Below, piece after piece: positions 39,483 through 48,128 of a stretch of 64,000 nt of DNA (its first letter is position 1; each line of letters begins with the position of its first letter). The position numbers were made by a program, and so were the translations under genes. Source of the stretch: Cytophagales bacterium (lineage in GTDB: Bacteria; Bacteroidota; Bacteroidia; Cytophagales; JAAEPT01); the NCBI GenBank assembly GCA_965230415.1, contig CBDDKZ010000005.1:2415060-2479059 (forward strand), given 5' to 3'. A model generated the notes under the pieces. It was not told the origin of the DNA. It ran no database searches and saw only the letters and a list, made by a program, of their open reading frames with translations.

Positions 39483-40361
39483 ATGTTAAAATCCATGACG
39501 GGATACGGCGTTTCCCGCTTCGAAAACGATCTCTTAAGAGTTGTCGTAGAAATTAAAACACTAAATTCTAAATTTTTAGACGCTAATGTTCGTCTTCCCA
39601 AGGCCTTTAACAGTCGTGAAGTAGAAATTAGAAACGAGCTGACCAATAAACTTGAGCGGGGAAAGATAAGCCTGACCCTCGAATATGAGTATTTGGGTGA
39701 AAAGCCACCCAAGGCCGTTGTTAATAAAGAACTGATAAAGAAATACTACATTCAGCTCAAAGAAGCAGCAGAGTTTGTTGGTGTCAATGAACCCGATCTT
39801 TTTAAAATAGCCCTTGGCATGCCTATGGCTGTCGAAAACCTCAGCGATGATGGTGATTATGACGAGGAATGGAATATCATTAAAGAGGTGGTTGCAACAG
39901 CTATTTCAAAATGTGATAATTTCAGAACTCAGGAAGGAGCTAAGTTACAAGAGAAGCTGACTTCATATATCCAGGAAATTGACAAATTGCTCGAAGAGGT
40001 TAAGAAAAGAGATCCGGAACGTTTGAAAATGGTAAAAGAACGTATTAAAGCGCATGTCAGTGAAAACATCGCCGAGGATGTTATCGATCAAAATAGGTTG
40101 GAACAAGAGCTTATCTATTATGTGGAAAAACTCGATATTGCTGAGGAGACGGTGCGACTGAAAAGCCATCTGGATTACTACATTGAAATCCTTAAATCGT
40201 CAAATAGCAGTGGTAAAAAATTAGGTTTCGTTAGTCAAGAGATTGGTCGGGAGATAAATACAATTGGTTCAAAAGCAAACGATGCCGTATTGCAACAATT
40301 GGTCGTGAAAATGAAGGAGGAAAACGAGAAGCTAAAAGAACAGATTCTAAATATTATTTAA
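39483..40361 (+). CDS. yicC: YicC-family stress-induced protein
   Basis: 292 aa. The YicC N-domain (MLKSMTGYGVSRFENDLLRVVVEIKTLNSKFLD) and the C-terminal DUF1732 region (SQEIGREINTIGSKAND) are both present. Confidence 0.85.
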   Translation: MLKSMTGYGVSRFENDLLRVVVEIKTLNSKFLDANVRLPKAFNSREVEIRNELTNKLERGKISLTLEYEYLGEKPPKAVVNKELIKKYYIQLKEAAEFVGVNEPDLFKIALGMPMAVENLSDDGDYDEEWNIIKEVVATAISKCDNFRTQEGAKLQEKLTSYIQEIDKLLEEVKKRDPERLKMVKERIKAHVSENIAEDVIDQNRLEQELIYYVEKLDIAEETVRLKSHLDYYIEILKSSNSSGKKLGFVSQEIGREINTIGSKANDAVLQQLVVKMKEENEKLKEQILNII

Positions 40362-40929
40362 AGGTGCTGTTTTCTCCTTTTCGGAAAAAGTACAATCGGA
40401 AATGACTTTATTGAGGTTTACGTCGATAAATTACATGAATTAAACTTTAAAATTCTGTTTGCTTCGAATAAATTCCGTGGATGAATTCTATTTGCAGACA
40501 ATGCATAATACAAGTTCGTTATATCTATGTGTTCTTTTTGATAAGATTTGTTGATTTATTACATAAATAAGTGTGTTAAATGGGTGCTTTTGTGATGGTG
40601 TAAATCCGTGTTTTTTAGGACTTGTAGCGGAGTTAAAGACCACTCCAAAAGGTGAAATTAACGCACTTTATATTATTTTGAATGAGCTTATTAATCGATT
40701 AATGATTCATTTATTTATACGAACCTATTGAATAATTCTATGAATATATGATGGTGTTTTTATGGATATCCCTCTATACGAATTATTTTTTTGGGAATAC
40801 GCAATAAATTTTTCCAAAAATCGTTTTATCGTACTTTTTTATTCCTTTCCTTTGTCATGGTAGAACACTGGGACTGTTTATTTACTTTTATTTTGCATTT
40901 GAAAAACAACATTCTAAATCCAATTAATC

Positions 40930-42876
40930 ATGAAAAAGCTATTATTGGCTATAGGATTTACTATATGCCTTAATTTAACTTCAGCTTATGCCACTACCCC
41001 GCATAGTGAGCAAAAATTTAAAGCTTCTTGTGACGAGACCGGCCCTAATGGCGAGTATACAATTGCCCTGCAGGAAAATGCCAGCGAACTTGTTATAGAC
41101 TGGGATGCCCTTATAAGTAATGCCGGAAATGGCTTTACCTATCTGGATTACTGGGTGAACGGTTCTTATAAGGGATCATACCCCGCATCGATAAATTATG
41201 ATGAGCGTATATTCGGTATAAACAACATTAGTGATGGCGATGTTATAGAATTCTTTTTTAAATATGATCGTCCTGGAGGTCAGTACATTGGCTCCAGAAA
41301 TGATCACAGACACGTATTCGGAAGTTGCACAGCAGATCAGGACGCTGATGGAGATGGCTTTACTGCCGACGAAGACTGTGATGATAATGATGCTTCTGTT
41401 AATCCTGATGCCGTTGAAATTTGCGATGGTATTGATAATAACTGCGACGGTCAAATAGACGAAGGTTTGCTTTCGGAGTTTTTTGTGGACGAAGACGGCG
41501 ATGGATATGGTGATACCGACCAACCTGTAATGGCTTGCGAATTAGGCGACGGTTTAGCATCGGTAGGTGGAGATTGCCAGGATCGTGACAGTAAAGTGAA
41601 TCCGGGAGCAGAGGAACGTTGCGATGGCTTTGATAACAACTGTGATGGTCAGATTGACGAATCGGGAGATCCTAAAACATGGTATGCCGATAATGATTTT
41701 GATGGATACGGAGATCCTGACAATTCAGAGTTTACCTGTAGACCTCCATCTCAATTCCATATTACATTTGGAGGTGATTGCGATGATAACAATAATTCAA
41801 TTAATCCGGGAGCATCGGAAGTTTGTGATGAACTGGATAATGATTGTAATGACCAAATTGATGATGGTTTGCCAACACAAACGTTTTATGCAGATGAAGA
41901 CGGAGACGGCTTTGGTAAATCTGATGATGTAGGGGCGGTGCAGTCTTGTCTGCCGGAATTAGACGGTCATGTTTTAAACGATGATGATTGTAATGATGCT
42001 TCTGCCGCTATAAACCCTGATGCAGAAGAAGTTTGTGATGAGCTGGATAACAATTGCGATGGTCAAATAGATGAAGGTGTACAAACACAGTTTTGGATAG
42101 ATGAAGACCGTGATGGTTGGGGTGGCTCTGACCAATGGGTATGGGCTTGTGAAAATCCGTCTACCACTGGTTCATTGGTAGATCGAACTGGTGATTGCAA
42201 TGATGACAATGAATTTATTAATCCGGATATGGATGAAATTCTTGGAAATGGAATTGATGATAATTGTAATGGTGAAGTTGACGAAGGTAGCGATTGTGTA
42301 GTGGAGAACCCAAATGGCGAATACACACTCACTTTTTCAGAACTTGGCAATTTGTTAATTATTGACTGGGATGCACTTATTCCAAATGCCGGTAATGGCT
42401 TTACCTATCTTGATTATTGGGTAAATGGTACTTATCAGGGATCTTATCCGGCTACTGTTAACTATGCTGACCGCGTTTTTGGTATTAATAATTTAAATAT
42501 GGGAGATGTAGTAGAGTTTTTCTTTAAGTATGATCGTCCTGGAGGTCAATATATCGGAGTACAGGGTGATCATACATATACTATGGGGAGTTGTGTTCCG
42601 AACGTTGCGAAAAATAGGTGGGAAGAAGGTTTTGTAGAGGACTTGACTAATACCAGACTTTGGCCTAACCCTGTAACTGAAGTATTATATGTTGAAACTG
42701 ATTCGAAATTGATTAGTAACATATCAATAATCAGCAATACAGGAGTAGAGAGTATAATGGAAACTATCAACTCAGTAGCTGCTTCAGTTGATGTGAGTGC
42801 ACTTCCGGAAGGAGTTTATACAGTAAAAGTTGAAACAAATTTCGGAGTTCACATGGCGAAATTTGTCAAGCAGTAA
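40930..42876 (+). CDS. T9SS-secreted cargo protein with five Cys/Asp-rich 'putative metal-binding motif' repeats between two copies of a duplicated ~95-aa domain, and a C-terminal Por sorting domain
   Basis: Signal peptide present. The domain NGEYT...IDWDALI.NAGNGFTYLDYWVNG.Y.GSYPA..NY..R.FGINN...GDV.EFFFKYDRPGGQYIG occurs at aa about 40-130 and again at about 460-550. Between them are five repeats of D.DGDG.G..D....C....D.CDDN...VNP.A.E.CDG.DNNCDGQIDEG. The C-terminus LWPNPVTEVLYVE...YTVKVETNFGVHMAKFV resembles the T9SS CTD. Confidence 0.75.
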   Translation: MKKLLLAIGFTICLNLTSAYATTPHSEQKFKASCDETGPNGEYTIALQENASELVIDWDALISNAGNGFTYLDYWVNGSYKGSYPASINYDERIFGINNISDGDVIEFFFKYDRPGGQYIGSRNDHRHVFGSCTADQDADGDGFTADEDCDDNDASVNPDAVEICDGIDNNCDGQIDEGLLSEFFVDEDGDGYGDTDQPVMACELGDGLASVGGDCQDRDSKVNPGAEERCDGFDNNCDGQIDESGDPKTWYADNDFDGYGDPDNSEFTCRPPSQFHITFGGDCDDNNNSINPGASEVCDELDNDCNDQIDDGLPTQTFYADEDGDGFGKSDDVGAVQSCLPELDGHVLNDDDCNDASAAINPDAEEVCDELDNNCDGQIDEGVQTQFWIDEDRDGWGGSDQWVWACENPSTTGSLVDRTGDCNDDNEFINPDMDEILGNGIDDNCNGEVDEGSDCVVENPNGEYTLTFSELGNLLIIDWDALIPNAGNGFTYLDYWVNGTYQGSYPATVNYADRVFGINNLNMGDVVEFFFKYDRPGGQYIGVQGDHTYTMGSCVPNVAKNRWEEGFVEDLTNTRLWPNPVTEVLYVETDSKLISNISIISNTGVESIMETINSVAASVDVSALPEGVYTVKVETNFGVHMAKFVKQ

Positions 42877-42884
42877 TGATAATG

Positions 42885-42912
42885 AAAAAGGGAGGGATGC
42901 CCCTCCCTTTTT
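42885..42912. terminator. Bidirectional rho-independent terminator between convergent genes
   Basis: aaaaAGGGAGGG-atgc-CCCTCCCTttttt is a perfect 8-bp GC-rich stem flanked by an A-run and a T-run. Confidence 0.6.
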
Positions 42913-42913
42913 A

Positions 42914-43561
42914 CTAGTTAAGGTGGTAAGCCTTGAGTCGCGATTGCAGGTATATTTTGTCCGTTTTAGCCAACTTAGCTTCATTAAATACCATACCTAC
43001 TCCTTTTCCGAAATATTGGTGGATATAATTAGGCTTGTTAATGGCAGGATTCTCAGGGTCGGTAAAAACTTCACCCCTCATATCAATGACTTCAAACGTG
43101 CCTGCTTCGTTGGTGTATTTTTCATCCAGGCAAATTGCCTGAACTTCTGTCCAGATGCTGAATTCAGGATCACTGTGACCGGTGTCAACTCTTACAATCT
43201 CATTAAATAAGCTTGTGGAAAGTATTATTTTACCCTGATGATCAACGATATAATCAAGCGAGTCTCTCCAAATATATTTAATCTTATCGAAAGGGTAGTA
43301 ACTTCCTTCCAATACGTAATACTCATTATCGTTAAGCATAGTATCTGAAACGACTTCAATTGTATCTGTTCGTCTGTATTCTTCTGTCGAATCAGTTACA
43401 TAATAACCATCGTAAACCCAGTAGTTGCCAACCTTTAGAGGAAGATGTGAGTTTGTTGATTCGGAAGTTTGTTTCAAATCAGGGGCTTTTTCGGGGTTGT
43501 CATTCTTTTCACATGAATACAAAATCGAAATTACCATTAAGTGTACAATGAACTTTTTCAT
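42914..43561 (-). CDS. Lipoprotein, conserved hypothetical (paralogue of the gene at 43772..44416)
   Basis: 215 aa with lipobox LYSC. It shares HLPLKVGNYWVY.GYYV...WRDSLDY...G.I..STS.F......ENP......HQYF.KGVG.VF.E with its neighbour. Confidence 0.6.
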   Translation of the reverse strand: MKKFIVHLMVISILYSCEKNDNPEKAPDLKQTSESTNSHLPLKVGNYWVYDGYYVTDSTEEYRRTDTIEVVSDTMLNDNEYYVLEGSYYPFDKIKYIWRDSLDYIVDHQGKIILSTSLFNEIVRVDTGHSDPEFSIWTEVQAICLDEKYTNEAGTFEVIDMRGEVFTDPENPAINKPNYIHQYFGKGVGMVFNEAKLAKTDKIYLQSRLKAYHLN

Positions 43562-43771
43562 TTTATTAAAGTTTAGTTAAGAAAATGTATCATTTGGTCA
43601 TAAGAATAATTTTGTGTTTTTGAAGTGGATCGTTAAGGTTACCGTCTGCAATTGTCACTTTATGTATCAGTTGTCAACAAATAAATACATGTGATTTTTA
43701 ATCAGAATTTTTAAAATTGGACTAATAGACTTCAAGAGATGTCTCATTAATAAGCGATCGTGATTAATTGC

Positions 43772-44416
43772 TTACTCTAAATGATAATCAATCAGGTGCG
43801 ATTGAATGAGTAATTCGTCATCGCTCAAATATTGGCTTTCTTTAAATACAATACCTACATCTTTTGCGAAGTATTCATGTAAAAAACGAACTTCTTTATT
43901 ATGAGGATTTTCGGGTATTTGAAATACTTGTTTCTCCATATTAATAATGTTGTTGTAAACAGTCCCATTATTTGAATACGAAGCTTCCAATTCTCGGGCT
44001 CTTGTGACATACCATGCGCTCAGATTTTGCTTCTGCATGCCTCCATATTGTTCCAATATATGATCGAAATCACTCGTGGAAACAATAATACGTCCCTCAC
44101 TATTTATTACGTAGTCGAGTGAATCCCTCCAATAATATTGATAAGTACGTTTTCTGCTTTCATGCGGAAAGTAATTACCTTCTAGTATGAAGTAGATCCT
44201 ATTGTTAATAGTGGTGTCTCCAGTTACTTTTAACGTATCCGTATTTCGATAAATATCATTGCTATTTCTAACATAATAACCCTCATAAACCCAAAAATTA
44301 CCCACTTTGAGTGGTAAATGAGTATTGAGTTGACGAGTGGGTGATTCAGTTATTTCATCTTTTTTGCAAGCGCAAAAAAATGAAAACGTCATTAGATATA
44401 CTAAGGACTTTTTCAT
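43772..44416 (-). CDS. Lipoprotein, conserved hypothetical (tandem paralogue)
   Basis: 214 aa with lipobox FFCAC. It shares the same domain organisation as 42914..43561 at roughly 35-40% identity, judged by eye. Confidence 0.6.
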   Translation of the reverse strand: MKKSLVYLMTFSFFCACKKDEITESPTRQLNTHLPLKVGNFWVYEGYYVRNSNDIYRNTDTLKVTGDTTINNRIYFILEGNYFPHESRKRTYQYYWRDSLDYVINSEGRIIVSTSDFDHILEQYGGMQKQNLSAWYVTRARELEASYSNNGTVYNNIINMEKQVFQIPENPHNKEVRFLHEYFAKDVGIVFKESQYLSDDELLIQSHLIDYHLE

Positions 44417-44767
44417 TTATGTGAAGTTTAGTAAAACAAAAAAGTACCGATGTTAGCATAGATTTATTTTTTAGGTTCTAAAGATTGTAACGAAATAAGG
44501 ATATGTTTATTGTATCAATTGGCTTTTGGCTGTGAAATCGCCTATTTTCAATAAGTGACACGTCACATCAAAAACTGCGGCTTAAGATGCAGTATGAAAG
44601 GTTTTCGGTTGGAAACCAAGTATTTACTTAGTTTTTTGTAATAGGATCTCTTACTCAAAAACAAGGAATTTACTCAGCTGGATTTAAGGATTTTGCATAA
44701 AATCTTACGGTTTGTATATAGTAAATTGCAATAAATCAAATATGGTATCTACCTAATTCAGTTAGCT

Positions 44768-45199
44768 ATGGAAAAAGTTATACAAGTAAATGTTTGTTTG
44801 CTGGTCGGCCTCACCATTTTTTTAAGTCAACCCTTATTGGCTGGTAATGATGTTCAGTTTCTTGCAAAAGCCCAATGGGGCGATGGTTTGCTATTTGACA
44901 GATTATCTGAGATAATAGTAGACGGGCAAGTGGCTATTTCATTTATAGATGAAGATAGTAACTCACAAACAATCGAGTGTTTTGTAATACCACCTGCTTT
45001 TAGCAAGTTTGAAATTGCAAAATTTCAGTTAAAAATAGACAGAGAAACGATGAGGGTAATCAAATTATCTGCTGATAACTCTGCACGAAACAACAATCCA
45101 TTATTGTGGGAATATCAGGTAGTCTTTACAGCCGAAGAAATGCACGACATTGAACAAAATATTCCCTCTTTGACCAACTCTGAGTTGGAAGAGTATTAA
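44768..45199 (+). CDS. Secreted hypothetical protein
   Basis: 143 aa with signal peptide MEKVIQVNVCLLVGLTIFLSQPLLA. A long imperfect hairpin plus T-run follows at about 45211-45280. Confidence 0.45.
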   Translation: MEKVIQVNVCLLVGLTIFLSQPLLAGNDVQFLAKAQWGDGLLFDRLSEIIVDGQVAISFIDEDSNSQTIECFVIPPAFSKFEIAKFQLKIDRETMRVIKLSADNSARNNNPLLWEYQVVFTAEEMHDIEQNIPSLTNSELEEY

Positions 45200-45488
45200 A
45201 TTCTTATATATTGGATGAACGCAAAAGGTGATGTCAAATAGCTATTTTTTTAAGAATATTTGATTATCACCTTTATTTTTCTGGTCAAGGTGGCGCATCT
45301 CAGACTTTTCCTCTTATTGCGGTATTACCCTGTTTGTGCAGGTATTTTAATTTTGTAACTTAGTCTTGTTAAGAGTTTAGCTCATATGGTTTTCCTACTG
45401 AAGAAATGAAAGCTGGTTTTACACCTTACAAATAGATTTCCGAAATAGAGATGATCACAAATAAATTTATTGCAGGTAATGAAATAAA

Positions 45489-45935
45489 GTGAAGATTAAC
45501 AAACTTTTATTAGCAGGTTTACTCACGCTTCTGGCTTCTTTGTTACACGTGGCCATAATAATTGGCGGGGCAGATTGGTATCGTTTTTTTGGTGCCGGAG
45601 AGGGTATGGCTTATTTGGAAGAAATAGGTAGCCCTGAACCAGCAATAGTTACTTCTTTCATTGCGCTTATGTTGTTATTTTGGGCATTGTATGCATTTTC
45701 TGCCCTTGGTCGATTTCCGAAATTGCCTTTTACAAAAATAGTCTTGCACCTTATAGCGTTTGTCTTTCTTGGGCGTGGTGTACTAGGTGTTCCTCTCGTT
45801 TATTTAATTGATGCTCCTTATTTATTGGAACTAAGAGCAAGACCGGTATTTATGGTCAATAGTTCTTTGTTTTGTCTGTTTTTAGCTTGGCTCTATTTTA
45901 TAGGAATCAGGCAATATTCAAAAACGACTAAATAG
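45489..45935 (+). CDS. Hypothetical polytopic membrane protein
   Basis: 148 aa with four predicted TM helices. Confidence 0.45.
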   Translation: MKINKLLLAGLLTLLASLLHVAIIIGGADWYRFFGAGEGMAYLEEIGSPEPAIVTSFIALMLLFWALYAFSALGRFPKLPFTKIVLHLIAFVFLGRGVLGVPLVYLIDAPYLLELRARPVFMVNSSLFCLFLAWLYFIGIRQYSKTTK

Positions 45936-45980
45936 TGGTTAGCACCCTAAATATGGTCCACAGTACATAAGTGAAGAAAA

Positions 45981-46121
45981 CTATTTCACGCGGTATTTTT
46001 CCTCTACCTTTTTCTTTGACCACGGACTACTTGTGCGTCGCATAAAGTCGAGTGTTAATAAAAGCACAATGGCAATGAAGACTATGAATGCGATTTTGAA
46101 AATTTTTTTCTGACGGTTCAT
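45981..46121 (-). CDS. 46-aa single-TM micro-protein encoded downstream of (and co-directional with) the MBOAT gene
   Basis: ATG at 46121 (rc) to TAG at 45981 encodes MNRQKKIFKIAFIVFIAIVLLLTLDFMRRTSSPWSKKKVEEKYRVK. It is not in the supplied ORF track because it is shorter than 60 aa. Confidence 0.3.
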   Translation of the reverse strand: MNRQKKIFKIAFIVFIAIVLLLTLDFMRRTSSPWSKKKVEEKYRVK

Positions 46122-46177
46122 TTACTTCCTGTTAATAAAAGGCTCTGATCTAAAATTAGAAAAAACTACAAAATACA

Positions 46178-48127
46178 TCAAAACTGAAAGTAAATAAATG
46201 GTTGCGCACCTGCCACCTTAAATTGGTATAACACTAGAATCACAGTAGCAATTAAAAGTGCCTTTATAGGATCTGGGAGTGCCGCAAAGAATTGTAACCA
46301 GGCGGACTTTACAGGCTTACCTATCCAGTGTATACCAAACCCAAGCATCAACAGGAAGCATATGAGGTTATAACCATCAAAAATCTCATAGCGCTTACCT
46401 AGGAACACTAAAACAGCAAAGGGAATAGCTGTCAACAGAAATGTTCTGAATGCTTTTGTGCCTTCAGTGCTACTTAAAGTTCGGCGCAATTTAACTTTGA
46501 AACGCTTATTGAGCATTCTGAAAACAATGAAAATAGCAGTAATACTCAAAAATGATCCCGCAAGAAAAGGGAAGGCCGGTACCATTTTTGTGATAGCCCC
46601 TCCTTTGAAGTTGTAGTAAATTTGGTGTATAACATGCGTTACAATGCTTACATTCCCGGCTCTGAAAAACAACCAGCAAAAAATTACGAAATGAAATGTA
46701 AACAGTTTTGAAGCCCAATTATAAAGAAAAGGTTGATTGTTTTTGAGAGTCAATTTTAGAAGCATATCGATAAACCACGCAAGAAGCATTATTGCTAATA
46801 CTATTTTAATTCCCAAATCGAAAATTACTATCGTATCAAAAAATTCCGAATGGCGCTGTTCTTTGCTCAGGGACAAGGTTCCAAAGTGAATTAAAATGAT
46901 GGTACCCAGTATAGCATAATAAGAAGTGAAAATCCCAAAAACAGACCAGGCTCTTTTGACATAATTTTGATTTTTTAGTGCCTGCCACCATTTGTGATAG
47001 GCAAGAGCTGTTCCGTGAAGACCTCCCCATATGATGAATTTTAAGTGTGCCCCATGCCATAGCCCTCCCAGAAGCATGGTAAGAAAAAGATTAAGGTAGG
47101 TCCTTATAACACCTTTTCGATTGCCACCCAGGGGTATGTATAAATAATCTCGAAGCCACGATGAGAGCGATATGTGCCATCTGCGCCAAAAATCGGTGAT
47201 GTTCGCAGCAATATAAGGTGAACGAAAGTTTTCCGGTAAGCGAAAGCCCAGTAAAAGAGCAACACCTATAGCAATATCACTATACGCGGAAAAATCGCAA
47301 TAAATCTGAATGGTGTAGCCATATACACCCATTAGGTTTTCAAAACCGCTATAACGTAACGGGTCCTCAAAAACACGGTCTACAATATTTACCGATATGT
47401 AGTCTGAAATGAGAATTTTTTTTATCAATCCTATCAAAATCAGAAATAAAGCACGGTTGTAGCTGACCTTGTTTAACTGGTATTCTTCATAAATTTGGGG
47501 AATAAACTCAGAAGCTCTTACTATTGGTCCTGCCACAAGCTGTGGGAAGAAGCTGACGTAAAAAGCAAAATCCAGGATATTATTCACTGGTGTTACATGT
47601 TTCCGGTATAAATCGATGGAATAGCTGATAGTTTGAAAAGTGTAAAAGGAAATACCGACAGGCAGAAATATTCCCGAAACATCAAATGACGTTCCTATGA
47701 TCATGTTTGAAAGGTCAGCAAATAGGTCATATGCTTCGAAGTTAGTACCAAGTGTTTCGTTAATCAGGCCTGTAATGAAAAAAGTGTATTTGTAATAAGC
47801 AAGCATGCCAAGGTTTACGGTGACACTTAATGCGACCAGTAGCTTTTTAACCAAGCGGTCTTGCGATTGATATATTGCCGCGCCGATGAAATAATCAACT
47901 ACCGTCGAGAACAACAATAAGAAAAAATACCACCCGCTCGATTTGTAATAAAAGAACAAACTAAAAACCAATAGAAACATGTTTCTAACAATGATCTTGG
48001 TTTTTTTGCCTTTGAGAAATTGTATAAGTTGTAGAACGAATAAAACTGCTGCAAACAAATACCAGAATAGTGCAACTGAAAAATTCAGCGGTGTATTGTA
48101 GGTAAATATGTCTTTTAAACTAAGCAT
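46178..48127 (-). CDS. MBOAT-family membrane-bound O-acyltransferase (AlgI/DltB/PatA-like)
   Basis: 649 aa and polytopic. The MBOAT core, including the conserved His region (WRRWHISLSSWLRDYLYIPLGGNR...GGLWHGA), is present, and an extra C-terminal membrane extension follows. Confidence 0.85.
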   Translation of the reverse strand: MLSLKDIFTYNTPLNFSVALFWYLFAAVLFVLQLIQFLKGKKTKIIVRNMFLLVFSLFFYYKSSGWYFFLLLFSTVVDYFIGAAIYQSQDRLVKKLLVALSVTVNLGMLAYYKYTFFITGLINETLGTNFEAYDLFADLSNMIIGTSFDVSGIFLPVGISFYTFQTISYSIDLYRKHVTPVNNILDFAFYVSFFPQLVAGPIVRASEFIPQIYEEYQLNKVSYNRALFLILIGLIKKILISDYISVNIVDRVFEDPLRYSGFENLMGVYGYTIQIYCDFSAYSDIAIGVALLLGFRLPENFRSPYIAANITDFWRRWHISLSSWLRDYLYIPLGGNRKGVIRTYLNLFLTMLLGGLWHGAHLKFIIWGGLHGTALAYHKWWQALKNQNYVKRAWSVFGIFTSYYAILGTIILIHFGTLSLSKEQRHSEFFDTIVIFDLGIKIVLAIMLLAWFIDMLLKLTLKNNQPFLYNWASKLFTFHFVIFCWLFFRAGNVSIVTHVIHQIYYNFKGGAITKMVPAFPFLAGSFLSITAIFIVFRMLNKRFKVKLRRTLSSTEGTKAFRTFLLTAIPFAVLVFLGKRYEIFDGYNLICFLLMLGFGIHWIGKPVKSAWLQFFAALPDPIKALLIATVILVLYQFKVAGAQPFIYFQF

Positions 48128-48128
48128 A

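Noticed and set aside
45211-45280. Long imperfect hairpin (aaaggtgatgtcaaata ... tatttgattatcaccttt) followed by a T-run after gene 44768..45199
   Set aside because: It could be an intrinsic terminator, but the 30-nt interior is itself A/T-rich and largely unpaired, so the predicted stability is low. I did not annotate it as a feature.
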